Source of the DNA: Octopus vulgaris
Taxonomy: Eukaryota
Assembly: GCA_951406725.2 (NCBI GenBank)
Contig: OX597832.1
Coordinates: 18,352,001-18,416,000, forward strand
Length of the DNA stretch: 64,000 nucleotides
Reading direction: 5' to 3'
In this document: positions 23,585 through 36,952 of the stretch, piece after piece
How the letters are laid out: each line of letters starts with the position of its first letter
Numbering within the stretch: position 1 is the first letter of the stretch
Program-made: the position numbers and the translations under genes
The notes under the pieces: generated by a model
Told to the model about the DNA's origin: nothing
Seen by the model: the letters and a program-made list of their open reading frames with translations, nothing else
The model's database searches: none

Positions 23585-23917
23585 TGTACAATTAAACACA
23601 TAAGGAATCCAATGGTGGAATTCAATACGCTAGAAAGAACAGCTAGGTTCTATGACCACAAAAATTTGGGATAAAATTCGACAAGGAACGAAATGAAAAA
23701 TGAAAACATTTTACCATCAAATTTCCTGGACCAATTGGTTTCTGATTTTAGTTTAGCAAGCAAATAACATTTGCTTACGAGGTGAACTTGTCCTCAACAG
23801 GTACACCTTGCGTTAATTATATAAACAACGAGGCAATTAAACTATATGCCTCCCGTTTATATATCCTAATTTTTTCAAAATCTACTGCACAGACACAGCC
23901 CTTCGCCGGCATGTGCT

Positions 23918-23996
<79 letters not shown>

Positions 23997-24009
23997 TATA
24001 TATATATAG

Positions 24010-24360
24010 TCAGTAAAAGCAATTGAATTCACATGAATGCGGTACTTAACTTAGATGCACCAGAAATCTATATGGTATTAACCATAAAATAATGTGGGGT
24101 GATTATAAACAAAAAAAAGCAACAAGAATGGATTAGTTTTTCAGTACAATTGTTTCATACGAAGACCAGCTTTATTAAAAGCTGCAAATATTGCAGCAAA
24201 TACAAGTGTCCCGTACTCATCATCCCGTACATATGTGTTTTGGCTGATGAGTACGGGACACTTGTATTTGCTGCAATATTTGCAGCTTTGAATAAAGCTG
24301 TCTTCGTATGAAACAATTGTACTGAAAAACTAATCCATTCTTGTTGCTTTTTTTCTTGTA
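24010..24360. mobile_element. Non-autonomous fold-back element between (TA)n tracts; ~110-bp inverted arms (24113-24222 / 24245-24354)
   Basis: Arms are near-perfect reverse complements; (TA)n on both sides. Confidence 0.85.
24238..24327 (+). ncRNA. Type I hammerhead ribozyme with long stem II
   Basis: ttttgg-CTGATGA-gtacgggaca...ctgcaa-tat-ttgcag...tgtcttcgtat-GAAA-c-aatt-GTA-ctgaaa; predicted cleavage after 24321. Confidence 0.75.
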
Positions 24361-24371
24361 TATATATATAT

Positions 24372-24417
<46 letters not shown>

Positions 24418-24472
24418 CATTATTGGTGAATTGAAGAAATGGAGCTGAACGCAGATTGAACAGAAATCGTTT

Positions 24473-24566
24473 TATTTCATTCTACACGTGTTTCGAAAGG
24501 CACAAATTACCAAAATCCGATGGAATAATGGGACCATATTGTGTCTTTCTCTTCAGGAAGAAAATA
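24473..24566 (-). ncRNA. Type I hammerhead ribozyme (sense copy in the 3' pseudo-LTR)
   Basis: Reverse complement of 25592-25685. Confidence 0.85.
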
Positions 24567-25161
24567 GGAAATCCGTTGGAAAAACAAAAACAGAACAGAG
24601 GCGGAGCAAAAACAAATCGAACTATGCTCCTAAGAGCCCATGGCGAAACTGTTTATCAGTGTATGTTGAGAACCGGTGGCTGAAGAATTCAACGGGTCAG
24701 GCATCGGTCAATCATGTGGGTGAGGGGGCGTAGATGTTCTTTGTGACCGAGAATAAAGTTCTGACTATTTAAGGAATATTGGATGTTTTATAAGGGGCGA
24801 GAAAAAATCTACTTAGAGACGTGTGTGTGTGTATACTGTTCTATATACGTGTTTGTTGGCGTAGGGGTAGAAAACATTTTTTGTGTACGTGTGTGCGTTT
24901 GATCGTTCGGCTGTCAGTGGCTACTGCCGTGATGACCGTTGGGTGGCAGAAAAAAAAAAAATATATATATATATCATGTTTTATGTGTGTGTGTGTTCTC
25001 ATCTAAGCCTGCCTTGTCAAGGAAACCCCCCGCTGTGAAAAAACCAAGCCCCGTTTGTCTTACAGGAGTAATTCCCCTTGCAGTGGTTAATCGTAGATAT
25101 CTTAAAGGCTATTTCAGAATTTGTTACCAAGGGTTATGGGTGCCGGTATTATTTATAAACG

Positions 25162-25506
25162 CTATTTAAAAGCCAGATAAGTGTAACGCCGCCAATGGGG
25201 GCATCGAAAAGCCGACTGTAAAAGCCCGTTTACCATCCGGCCTCTGGCAAACAAAATATGGAAGAGTTCGGAGACACAAAGGTTGCACTGCCTTCTGCCC
25301 CTATCAAATGGGAGGGCCACCGACAAAATTGACCATTCCAGCCTGTAGCTTAAGTTCGTATCCTTCAGTCGCCATATTAGCTTACTGAGTCCCGTGGTCT
25401 GGCGCTTGTTCATGTCCCGAAAAGTTGCGTAATGGTTGGAGACACGCAAAGACAATCTTGAGGATGAGGCCCCTACATAAGTGAAGACATCTGAGTCCGT
25501 GTAAAC
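25162..25506 (-). pseudogene. C-terminal GIY-YIG endonuclease domain of a Penelope-like element (5'-truncated; the ORF's first codons come from the inverted pLTR)
   Basis: YVG...R..NH..TF...TGLSKLIWRLK...WSIL..A.PF...CNLC..E...IL...N...CPH motif pattern. Confidence 0.85.
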
Positions 25507-25591
25507 CAGTTTCGCCATGGGCTCTTAGGAGCATAGTTCGATTTTTTTTGCTCCGCCTCTGTTCTGAATTTTTGTTTTTCCAACGGATTTC

Positions 25592-25685
25592 TATTTTCTT
25601 CCTGAAGAGAAAGACACAATATGGTCCCATTATTCCATCGGATTTTGGTAATTTGTGCCTTTCGAAACACGTGTAGAATGAAATA
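25592..25685 (+). ncRNA. Type I hammerhead ribozyme (inverted pseudo-LTR copy)
   Basis: tattttcttc-CTGAAGA-gaaagacacaa...ttgtgcctttc-GAAA-c-acgt-GTA-gaatgaaata; predicted cleavage after 25675; AATAAA immediately downstream. Confidence 0.87.
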
Positions 25686-25892
25686 AAACGATTTCTGTTC
25701 AATCTGCGTTCAGCTCCATTTCTTCAATTCACCAATAATGTTCTAATTTCAATTATCCGCACCAACGCACGGTTGCAACACCATATGGTTGTACCTCCAA
25801 CCGTGCTGTTTTACTGCTGTGATTTTTGCTACTAAGGTATCGGTTAAACTTTTGATTAATCTACTACAAGATTATTCATCTTTCTATTTCAC

Positions 25893-25942
<50 letters not shown>

Positions 25943-26397
25943 GCGTGCAGCCATGTAGATGCAGAAATAGTTTACATATATGCTGACATATGCACGCTAC
26001 CCACTAGCAGTAGAATTTTGACAATGTCTCTATACATATGTATACTGTGTAATTACATTCTCAACAAGTAGTGTTGCCCTCAATCAGTGATATTGTTGAT
26101 ATTTTCATTATTTTTTCTATAAGCTTCACATCAGCATCATTGATTCAATATATTCCTGAACCTCTTCAAAGGTGAATCTTAATATATAATGAACTGTTTC
26201 CATTATACATTCCGTCTGGCTATTGAACAGATACAGGAATATATTGAGGAAATTACAGTATTATACAGCGTTAGCATATCAATAACAAAAATATTGAGTT
26301 TGCTTTTATGAGGTATTGAGTACTTCCTTTAGTCATTTTCTACCCGGTTAGTGATAGAATACATAATTATGGATATATAAGTATTTATGTATGTCCT

Positions 26398-26446
<49 letters not shown>

Positions 26447-28384
26447 CTGTGTATATATTTATGTAGCTATGTATATTAATTGTTTGGTATAATTATTATG
26501 TAGTGTCTATAATATAACTATTGAGCAGACAACAAACTGCATACTGATGCTGCAGTTCTAATTTATTGTTAAGAGAATCTGGATTAATCCATGAATGAAT
26601 AGGTCGGAATATGATGTTAATTAAGCATATTGAAATTATCTCTTCTTCCTGAGTATATAACTGTATTGCCCCCAGGCTTTGTCGATTAACTCCAAGGAAA
26701 ATTGTTAGGAATCGGGTAGTGTCAAAATTTAATGTGTCATTGCGGAGAAAACAGTGATTGTCTAAATATACGATGACAGCACGACACTCCTATTTCTGCC
26801 TCAGCCAGCGTCATCAGCACAGAGCTACCCATTCTTAGGCACTGCCCTGTAAAAGTTTTCTCGAATACCAATTCTAGAATCTGTCTCTTGTTTCCTATTC
26901 AAGCTCTGACCTCTGACTGAAAATTTCAAAAATATCTAAAAACTGTTCAAGTCCACCAAACAACTGAGAGCTAGAATAACATTTCGACACATTGTGTGTA
27001 TGATTTATAGATTAAAACAACGTAACTAAAGTAATAATGTCTCCGTTTACATTGTATTTGCTGTTGGCAAATTCATTTTTGCAGGAATCAATTTACACTC
27101 ATGGTTTTCTATATATCATATTCTACTATTTTACTTTTATTTCAAGTAGCATGTGGAACAATCTATTTTTTTCTTAGTTGAAATATAAATACTGTGAAGT
27201 TTATTTGTATAACTTGAATGGAGAAATGAAATCGCTTACAATTAATATACGATTCTGTATCGTATTACTTGTGTTTAACGCCTGGACACCAATATTTTGT
27301 CGATTGTGTCTCTGTTCGCTTAAAATAAAGCAGGCCTCACTTTTTGTTGCAAGATTTAATATGGCGCCCAGTTTAAACTCACTACCAACTGCTTCTTCGT
27401 ATAATTTATTAGACTTGGCTTTTGTTGGAATCATTTAAACCTTGCTTCCAGACTCATCCATTCTCAAGCTTATTTTTATTTATTTATTTATTTATTTATT
27501 ATTTTACTATTGTCCTCACGTTAATCAGCAGAATTTAGGTTACACATGTGACCAGTCTGCTGTAACCTAAAAGTTATACCTACCTTTTAGCGCCTGTTTA
27601 ATTTACAAGGATAACATTTTGAGGTAAAAAATATCTCGCTCCCCTCTTCCTCTGTTTCTGTTATTACAACCGCCTTTAATTTATACAGCAAAAGAGAGAT
27701 TTTCTTACTGGTGTAATACTAAGGATTGAGGGAACTACGATTTATTTCACGGACGATACAGGATCTAGTATTTGATTTGCCTTATGATGATATCTGCTTG
27801 GATTACGTTTCCTCGATGTGGAACAAGTTATTTTGTCACGTACTTAAAATAATTGGTCACAAGATCCAGTTTATGCCTAATATGCGATGCTACAGTGGCA
27901 TAGAGATTGCCCTTCATAGCAGAGATTGTACAGTTTCTGTTGCTTAAATAGAAGTAGTAGTACGAGGCATGCGCTGTAACAGGAATTCGCGGCATCGGTC
28001 GTTTGTTGGTCACACCTGGCGGATGACACCTTTGCCAAACTCGACAACCCTCCAACCAATGGGTCTATTTGAGTAGCCGTTGCTGGTGAGGATTGTTAGA
28101 AGCTGGAATGCACATCTTACCTCAACTTCTCTTAGTAGCCTCTTAAGGAACACAGAGGAAACGTTGGGTCTATTCTTTTAAATGTCAGGTCCCACACAAA
28201 TTTGCAGCAGAAGAAATAAATACATACAAGCCTGGATTCATGCAGTTATTTTTTGTTGACAAATGATCACAAGCACTATATATCCACTTCAGCTTTATTA
28301 TTACTTTAATTTTACTATCTTTTGCCTGAAATATTTTGCCACACATCTTGAAACTTCTTCAGTACAACCTGTCATTAACGATGG

Positions 28385-28570
28385 TTCGTGAAATGTTAGC
28401 ACGCTAGACGTAATGCTTAGAATTTCGACCATCGCTACGTTCTCAGTTCAAATTCCGCCGAGGGAGACTATATTTTACATCCTTTCGGGGATGATAAATT
28501 AGTTATCAGTTGAATACGGATGTTGACTATCCCACTTCCCGAAATATCAGGCCTTGTGTAGATAATAGGA
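28385..28570 (+). mobile_element. Degenerate SINE family A
   Basis: gttagcacgc...tcaaattccgccgagg...catcctttcgggg. Confidence 0.7.
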
Positions 28571-28756
28571 AGGTTTATATACGAGTGTGCATGTATGTAT
28601 ATGTATATATATACTTACTTCCATGTAAGTCATGCCATTCTGATGACAAATGCCGTAACTTAGCGTTCAGGAATTCGTTCTCCTTTACGGAATGTAGTTC
28701 TTCAAATATGCAATTATTTCATTGCATTGTGAGATCTAGTTGTGTTTCCTCAGGTG

Positions 28757-28818
<62 letters not shown>

Positions 28819-29392
28819 TATATATATATGCATACGCACACATACATATATATATATACATATATATGTGCACATTTATATATACTTCCACTGGTGGTGC
28901 TCCAGCATGGTCACACAGACTTAGGGCTGAAAACGTACAAAAAAGTAAACGGATATATTTACATTTTATTTACAACAGTATAATTTTATTGTGTATTAAA
29001 GATTTTGGTTCGTGTATTGTGTTTGCTCCTATTTGTAAACGACAAAATATGAACAGGCGTTTGCGTAGTTCATTATCTGTGTGACTATTAGTGATTCTTC
29101 GAAGTTCTCATGGCTCTTTTGGACTTTGAAATATATTATATCGGACAATTGCTTTAAGCTTTATTGTTCTTCCTGAATTCGTCATGTAATATCAGATTCA
29201 AACATTCGGCATCGCTGTTGAAGAAATCTTTCTCAATAATCCATTCATTTTTATTTTTATTTTTATTTTTATTTCTATTGCGTGATTTTATTGTAGTTTC
29301 GGAATATTCCGTCAATATTGTCTATTTATTGTTTTATAAGATTAACTTTTTTTTTCTAAATTCTTTTAGTTTTTATGGATTTCATTTTCGAT

Positions 29393-29454
<62 letters not shown>

Positions 29455-29499
29455 GTATGTGTCTCCATGTTTGTATCTCAGCATGTGTTATTATTTGTG

Positions 29500-29540
<41 letters not shown>

Positions 29541-29910
29541 TCGCACTCACACAAATATACATATACATATATAAATTGCTATTTTCTTTACTGTTTGCTT
29601 GTTAAATAGAGAAAACTAACGAAGTTCTCTGAGCTGTCTTACTTTATCATTTTCTCATTCCGTATAATTCTTCAATTCAAAGCATATCTGCATCAATGCG
29701 CTTAGCTATTGTAACCTTTTTTTTTTTTGTTGTTAGTTGAGATTCGTCGTCAGTTCATTTTGATTTCGTTTCTGTTTCTCCGGAAAAAAAAAAAAATTTG
29801 CTGAGATGATCCTTAACAAAAGGAACAAAGTGAGTGATCAATAACGAAATCAGTAAATATGGGGAGAGAAAAAGAATCCTTAAAATACCAATAGCAAAAA
29901 AAAAACTAGT

Positions 29911-30080
29911 TCCTTCTTCTTCTTCTTCTTCTTCTTCTTCTTCTTCTTCTTCTTCTTCTTCTTCTTTTTCTTTTTCTTCTTCTTCTTCTTCTTCTTCTTC
30001 TCCTCCTCCTCCTCCTCCTCCTTCTCCTCCTTCTCCTCCTACTCCTCCTACTCCTTCTTTATCATCTTCTTCTTCTCCTT

Positions 30081-30164
<84 letters not shown>

Positions 30165-30246
30165 ATTATTATCATCATTCTTCTTCTTATTATTATTATT
30201 AACATTATTATTATCATTATCATTGTTAATATTATTATTATTAACA

Positions 30247-30308
<62 letters not shown>

Positions 30309-30343
30309 ATTATTATTATTATTGCTTTTATTATTATTATTAA

Positions 30344-30395
<52 letters not shown>

Positions 30396-30418
30396 ATTAT
30401 TATTATCATCACTATTAA

Positions 30419-30484
<66 letters not shown>

Positions 30485-30502
30485 CATTATTATTATTATT
30501 AT
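29911..30502. repeat. Compound (TTC)n-(CCT)n-(TAT)n microsatellite
   Basis: Direct inspection. Confidence 0.97.
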
Positions 30503-31042
30503 TTGGCGTAGTGAGAATTTCTGTTTCATCAGAATGCTCAGTCTTTAGGTGTCGCTAGTTGTCATTAAGTGTCACTATTTATTATGAACAAATTTTGTAG
30601 AAACTGAACTTTGAAACAGGTTATTTTCTCCACCCATCATCCAGAAACATATACACATCGCTACATATAAAACCTCGCCCAAGCACCCATCATGTGCTTA
30701 ACGAAAAGAACCCACTTATGAGAAAAAAAAGACAAAAAATAAAGTACAAAACACAAGCAAATATACAAATGAAACGGAAAGTAAAGACAACAACAAACAA
30801 AACGAAATAAACCGAACAGGACAGAAAAAAAAATCCTTTTTATGGTGGGGTTTTTTTTCTTACTCATCTTTAATGCTTTGTCAAAATCCTAAAGCTTGTC
30901 GTACGTCCACAGCGAATTAATTCATATGTAAATAGGTTAGTTAGCAGCTGCTGGCCCACCACTCACACGTAGACACAACACACATACACACACAAGCACA
31001 CACACACACAGATACACATGCATATATATACATATATATTTA

Positions 31043-31088
<46 letters not shown>

Positions 31089-31397
31089 ATTTTATAGTAC
31101 GTCTTCTCGTTGGACTACCCATCGCTATCTCTTCCTATTTATCACTCTATTCTTGTTCTCGAAAGCTCATTATTACTTCCAACCACAGTTCTAGTACTTT
31201 TTTCATATTTAACTTACATATTTTTTCTTCCTCCTTACCGTATCCATCAATGATTCTTAAAAATCTTCTACACAATCAGGGTACGTTAGCTAAATTTTAC
31301 ATTAGATATGGATGAATATATCTCGTTGTTATTAAGTTAAACTGTCGTATATCCAAATTTTGCCAAATGCGTTTCTTTCAATATTTACTGCTTCCAA

Positions 31398-31980
31398 GAC
31401 GACGAGCTGGCAGAAAAGATAGCATGCCGGGCGAAATGCTTAGCAGTATTTCGTTTGCCGCTACGTTCTGAGTTCAAATTCCGCTCTGGGGTCGATGTAA
31501 TCGACTTAATCCTTTTGTCTGTCCTTGTTTGTCCCCTCAACGTTTAACCCCATGTGGGCAATATAGAAATAAGAAACGTTAGCACGTCCGGCGAAATGCT
31601 AAGCGTTAGTTCGTCTGCCGTTACGTTCTGAGTTCAAATTCCGCTGAGGTCGACTTTGCCTTTCATCCTTTCGGTGTCGATAAATAATGTACCAGTTACG
31701 CACTGGGGTCGATATAATCGACTTAACCCGTGTGTCTGTCTTTATTTGTCCCCTCTATGTTTAGCCCCTTGTGGGCAATAAAGAAATATGAAATGTTAGC
31801 ACACCGGGCGAAATGCATCGCGGTACTTTGACTGTCTTTACGTTCTGAGTTCAAATTCAGCCGAGGTCGACTTTGCCTTCCATCCTTTCGGAGTCGCTAA
31901 ATCAAGAACCAGTTGCGTACTAGGGTTGATCTAATCGACTGGCCACCTTTCCAAAGTTTCAGGCCTTATGCCCAGAAAAG
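31398..31980 (+). mobile_element. Head-to-tail trimer of SINE family A
   Basis: Three successive units: the first starts gacgagctggcagaa (31398); units 2 and 3 start gaaa(c/t)gttagcac (~31573, ~31790). Confidence 0.85.
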
Positions 31981-32315
31981 AATTTTTTATTTTTGCCTCC
32001 AATAGCCGGTTCTTTCGATCAAAATATCATATCTTCAGCTGCTTCAGATGCCAGGATATCAAAAATTTTCAGTGTAGTACAACGGTTTTACAAAGGATTG
32101 GTGGAACTTCTTTTTCGTTTTCTGAAAAAAGCAGCGGTTTCGACTACCGACACATTTGCATAATAGCAACGATGTATTTTACGAATGTATGCGTGTATGT
32201 ATGCATGTAGGTATGCATGCATGGACCTATGTGTGTAACAATTGTATCACGTTTACTTTTTCTTTCATAGTTCACAATACATAACAAAATATAGTTTCAT
32301 CTCAGTGATTAGAAA

Positions 32316-32415
32316 TCTATAATATAAAATACGTTCTGTCTGTCTGTGTGTGTGTCTTCTGGGACCTCGGGCATCCTCCATCCGATTGCGCTGAACTTTG
32401 ATACGTAGATACCAT
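32316..32415 (+). mobile_element. Possible 5' fragment of a non-autonomous Helitron
   Basis: a|TCTATAATATAAAA followed by (TCTG)n and catccgattgcgctgaactttg, typical Helitron 5' architecture; no CTAG end seen. Confidence 0.45.
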
Positions 32416-32419
32416 TTTG

Positions 32420-32595
32420 GGGAGGGGACGACTGAATTACATCGACTGAATTACATGGTACTTATTCTGTCGACCTCGAAATGATGAAAGGTAAAGACGA
32501 CCTCGGCAGAATTGGAACTCAGAGCGTAGCGACTGGCGAAATGCTGCTAAGGCTTTTGTCCAGCGTGCTAACGATACTGCCAACTGGCGACCTTA
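32420..32595 (-). mobile_element. SINE family A
   Basis: Reverse-complement match to 59612-59780. Confidence 0.75.
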
Positions 32596-33534
32596 ATAAT
32601 AACAACATTAATAAAAGTTAGTTGTAAATATTTAGACTTGCCCTATTGAGACAATTTTAATCCCTCTTTATCGTGGGTAGCGCATATTCTAGCCGTACCT
32701 ATACCTACTATTTCGGTTTTGTTGATTTTTTGTTATTGTAGTTCTTCTTCTCTTCACCCTTTTCCCCTCCTTCTTTCCCTCCTTCGCTGTTCGTAAGCCA
32801 CTCTTCATTTTAAATGAAAGCCCTTCCTCAGATTAAACATTGTGGAGACACAATGAAAGTACTAAAAGATAATAAATGCAACAGATGAACACATACACAC
32901 ACACGCAAACATATATACACACGCACACACACACACACACATACATCTCCAAACACACACTTTTGTACATATCCATGCATGAATTTAATACCACGGACTA
33001 AGAAACAAAATTAAAATACACAGCGAACCTCACTCCAACACCACCACCACCACCACCACCGCCGCCGCCGCCGTCAACAACAGCAACAATATCAACTATT
33101 AATACCTAATAATTTTTGGTATAGAGATATCGTGAATATCGAGAACTCCTTCTATACGCAGTCAACTTCTCACGGATGTCTTATCTCCTTCATCTTATAA
33201 GGCTTTAAATGTTTTCTCATTGACAGAGCCCACCATCTTGCATAAAAAATAAGACTAGTGTGTGACAAAGCTCTTAACTCAACGTATTCAACAACATCAT
33301 CGATATAATCCCCTAAGAGGAAAATGTCCAAGTTTATACGAAGTGTGAATGAAGGCACAAACAATGAAAACCGCGGAAAAGCCATGTATCAGAAAGAGTG
33401 ACATTTGTGATATATTGCGATATAAATTCAAATGCTTAAAATCCAATGATAAATAATGCTGAGCGATGATTAACAGCAGGGATTATAACGCATGAATAAA
33501 TGGTGCTAAAAAAATGTATATAGATATGTATAGC

Positions 33535-33927
33535 CGTAGGAGTCGCTGCGTGGTAAAAATGCTTCCTTCCCAAACATATGTTTCCGGGTTCAGTCCCACT
33601 ACGCGGCACCTTGGGAAATTGTCTTCTACTATTAGCCTCGGGCCGATCAAAGCATTGTAAGTAGGTTTCGTAGATGGAAACTGAAAGAAGTCCCTCGTAT
33701 ACATATATATATTATATATGTGTGAATGTGTGTGTGTATGGTTGTGTGTCTGCTTTTGTTCACCCACAATTGCTTTACAACCGATGTTGGCGTGTTTACG
33801 TCCCCGTAACTTAGCAGTTGAGCAAAAGAAACCGATAGAATAAGAATAAGTCTTGAGGTCGATTTGTTCGACTAAAAGTGCATCTCCAGCATAGCCGCAG
33901 TCACATGACTGAAACAAATAAAAGAAT
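33535..33927 (+). mobile_element. Full-length SINE family B (tRNA-like head, internal (TA)/(TG) microsatellite)
   Basis: GTAGGAGTCGCTGCGTGGTAA...CCGGGTTCAGTCCC head; homologous to 878-1577 and to fragments at 35455-35600, 37735-37830 and 47610-47900. Confidence 0.85.
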
Positions 33928-33977
33928 ATGCTAAAGTTAAAGTGGCATTTTACACTTTGTTATTAATTGAGGGAAAA

Positions 33978-34175
33978 GCGGTGAGCTCGCTGAATCGTTA
34001 GCACGCCGGACAAAATGCTTAGCGGCCTTTCGTCCGTCTTTACATTGTGAGTTCAAATTCCGCCGAGGTGAACTTTGCTTTTCATCCTTTCGGAGTCGTA
34101 AAATATGTAACAATTGAGTACTGGGGTTAAATGTAATCGCCTTTCCCCCTCCTTGAAACTGCTGGCCTTTTACCT
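33978..34175 (+). mobile_element. SINE family A
   Basis: gcggtgagctcgctgaatcgttagcacgcc...gaggtgaactttgcttttcatcc. Confidence 0.8.
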
Positions 34176-34183
34176 ATAGTAAA

Positions 34184-34569
34184 TGGATGGAAGCACTCCG
34201 TCGGTTACGACGACGAGATTTCTGGTTGATCCGATCAACGGAACAGCCTGCTCGTGAAATTAACGTGTAAGTGGCTGAGCACTCCACAGACACGTGTACC
34301 CTGAACGTAGTTCTCGGGGATATTCAGAGTGACACAGAGAGTGACAAGGACAGCCCTTTGAAATACAGGTACAACAGAAACAGGAAGTAAGAGTGAGAGA
34401 AAGTTGTGGTGAAAGAGTACAGCAGGGATCACCACCATCCCTGCCGGAGCCTCGTGGAGCTTTAGGTGTTTTCGCTCAATAAAGACTCACAACGCCCAGT
34501 CTGGGATTCGAAACCGCGATCCTACGACCGCGAGTCCGCTGCCCTAACGACTGGGCCATTGCGCCTCCT
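34184..34569 (-). mobile_element. Full-length SINE family C1
   Basis: Reverse-complement match to 9801-10190; short possible TSD tagtaaa. Confidence 0.92.
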
Positions 34570-34854
34570 CTCTCTAGTAAAAAGTATTATTAGTAGAGGA
34601 AAAATATGTTCGTATTACTTTAGCATATACACAGCATTTAGTGCGTGTGTGTTTTTTTCTTCTATACAGAATTAATCGCAAATATAAAGAATCCCCATGC
34701 TGAATAGGCGTAGATATATATGCAACAAAATACTCGATAACAGAAAGAAGGATGACGTGTGAACTGTTATCAAAAAACGCCAGGAAATCAAAGTGATATA
34801 TAATTCAAATTATGCACAACCAGGCTTACAATCGCAACGTACTATATAACTATA

Positions 34855-35055
34855 CGTTAGCACGCCAAGCAAAAATGCTTCACCGTATTTCGTCTGTCTT
34901 TACGTTCTGAGTTCAAATTCCACCGAGGTCGACTTTGCCTTTTATCTTTTCGGGGTCTATAAATTGAGTACCACTTGTGTACAGGGGTCGATTTATTGAC
35001 TGCCACCCCTCCCTCACCAAAAATCTTCAGGCCTTGTGCCTAGAGTAGAAAATAA
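34855..35055 (+). mobile_element. SINE family A (5'-truncated); a further minus-strand copy lies at ~35270-35440
   Basis: cgttagcacgcc...gaggtcgactttgcc. Confidence 0.75.
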
Positions 35056-35130
35056 TATAACTATAACAATGGACATTTGACAGCAGCGATAACAACAACA
35101 ACAACTACTACTACTACTACTACTACTACA

Positions 35131-35165
<35 letters not shown>

Positions 35166-35174
35166 CACTACTAT

Positions 35175-35207
<33 letters not shown>

Positions 35208-35612
35208 AACTTCACTACAGTAGCAGCAGTGCAAAATTGGTTTCAAATAATGGAACAAGACCAGCAGCTTTGGAGGACGGTAGCAACGACACCTTTATAC
35301 AAATGGTACTTATGCTCTTGACCTCGAAAGAATGTAAGGCAAAGGCGACCTCATTGAAATTTGAAATAAGAATGTAATGACGGACGAAATGCCGCTAAGC
35401 AATTTCTCCCGCGCGCTAATGATTTTGCCTGCTTGTCGCCTTATCAGCACCACAAATCGCCTCCAGAGCTTATTCTTTATAAGCCTAATACATATTCTAT
35501 CGGTTCTCTTTTGCAGAACCACTACGTTACGGGGACGTGAACACACCAGCATCGCTTCATAACCGATACTGGTGGGGGGGGGGGGGGGCAGACGCACAAA
35601 CACACACACATG

Positions 35613-35644
<32 letters not shown>

Positions 35645-35844
35645 GAAATGAGGTACTCACATGTGACAACTCCACTAGAGTGGACGAAAGCGCTTTATAT
35701 GATATATGATATATAAAAACATAGGACACACGAAAAAATATCTGTAAATATAAAACCATCCAGATTGCTGAGTACCTCATTTCTTGTAATATATAATACC
35801 TGTACATCATCTGCAAACCCTCTAATATATATATATACATATAC

Positions 35845-35913
<69 letters not shown>

Positions 35914-36148
35914 CAATTGAGGATAAAATCTTTAAAAGAAATTATCAGTAGTCAGCGTGAAAAACCTCGTAAGAGAAAAAATCCGTAAATTCTTCCTCTT
36001 TGAAAATATTCATTTATATTATATTGAGGGTACTACTATTCGTAGATACCAACACGCTAAGAGGGACCAATGCGGTCAAAACTACTAAAAATAAACAAAA
36101 TTTTACCGAATGCAAAACTTCAAAACACATCATTTTAAAAAGAATTCA

Positions 36149-36214
36149 GTTACATATCACATGTGATTTCGCATTTAAATGCAGAATATGCATTTTTATG
36201 TTCATCAGTGCAAC
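36149..36214 (-). ncRNA. Type I hammerhead ribozyme (minus-strand copy)
   Basis: Reverse complement of 36764-36829. Confidence 0.8.
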
Positions 36215-36763
36215 AAACTCAAGAAATATAAGAGAAAAACATAACATTACAAGCTCGATAGCCAACCGTAGAATTCGTCGTAGCATGTCCGAATGTTTAT
36301 CTTTACATATCTATGAAAATGGCGGGCTTATTCGCAATGCATTTCGATAAAAATTGTCTATTCGGAATAAAAAATTCAGTATTGAACTATTCCGGTGTTT
36401 GACCGCATTGGTCCCTCTTAGCGTGTTGGTATCTACGAATTGTAGTACCCTCAATATAATATAAATGAATATTTTCAAAGAGGAAGAATTTACGGATTTT
36501 TTCTCTTACGAGGTTTTTCACGCTGACTACTGATAATTTCTTTTAAAGATTTTATCCTCAATTGTTAATTTATATTTTTCACCGGAATAGTTCAATACTG
36601 AATTTTTTATTCCGAATAGACTATTTTTTACCGAAATGCATTGCGAATAAGCCCGCCATTTTCATAGATATGTAAAGCTAAACATTCGGACATGCTACGA
36701 CGAATTCTACGGTTGGCTATCGAGCTTGTAATGTTATGTTTTTCTCTTATATTTCTTGAGTTT

Positions 36764-36829
36764 GTTGCACTGATGAACATAAAAATGCATATTCTGCATT
36801 TAAATGCGAAATCACATGTGATATGTAAC
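36764..36829 (+). ncRNA. Type I hammerhead ribozyme
   Basis: gttgca-CTGATGA-acat..aaatgca-tattc-tgcattt..atgc-GAAA-tcacatgtg-ATA-tgtaac; predicted cleavage after 36823; first stem II pair is A:C. Confidence 0.8.
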
Positions 36830-36952
36830 TGAATTCTTTTTTAAAATGATGTGTTTTGAAGTTTTGCATTCGGTAAAATTTTGTTTATTTTTAGTAGTTT
36901 TGACCGCATTGGTCCCTCTTAGCGTGTTGGTATCTACGAATAGTAGTACCCT

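Larger units (their letters stand above)
24416..25895 (-). mobile_element. 5'-truncated Penelope-like retroelement with inverted pseudo-LTRs (24416-24651 and 25507-25742) plus ~150-bp extension
   Basis: GIY-YIG ORF, ~236-bp inverted repeats containing a hammerhead, (TA)n flanks on both sides. Confidence 0.9.

Noticed and set aside
28639-28670. Isolated CTGATGA/CTGAAGA heptamers (also ~11261, 24680, 51665, 52566, 62082)
   Set aside because: No correctly placed stem II, GAAA, NUH or stem I, so not hammerheads
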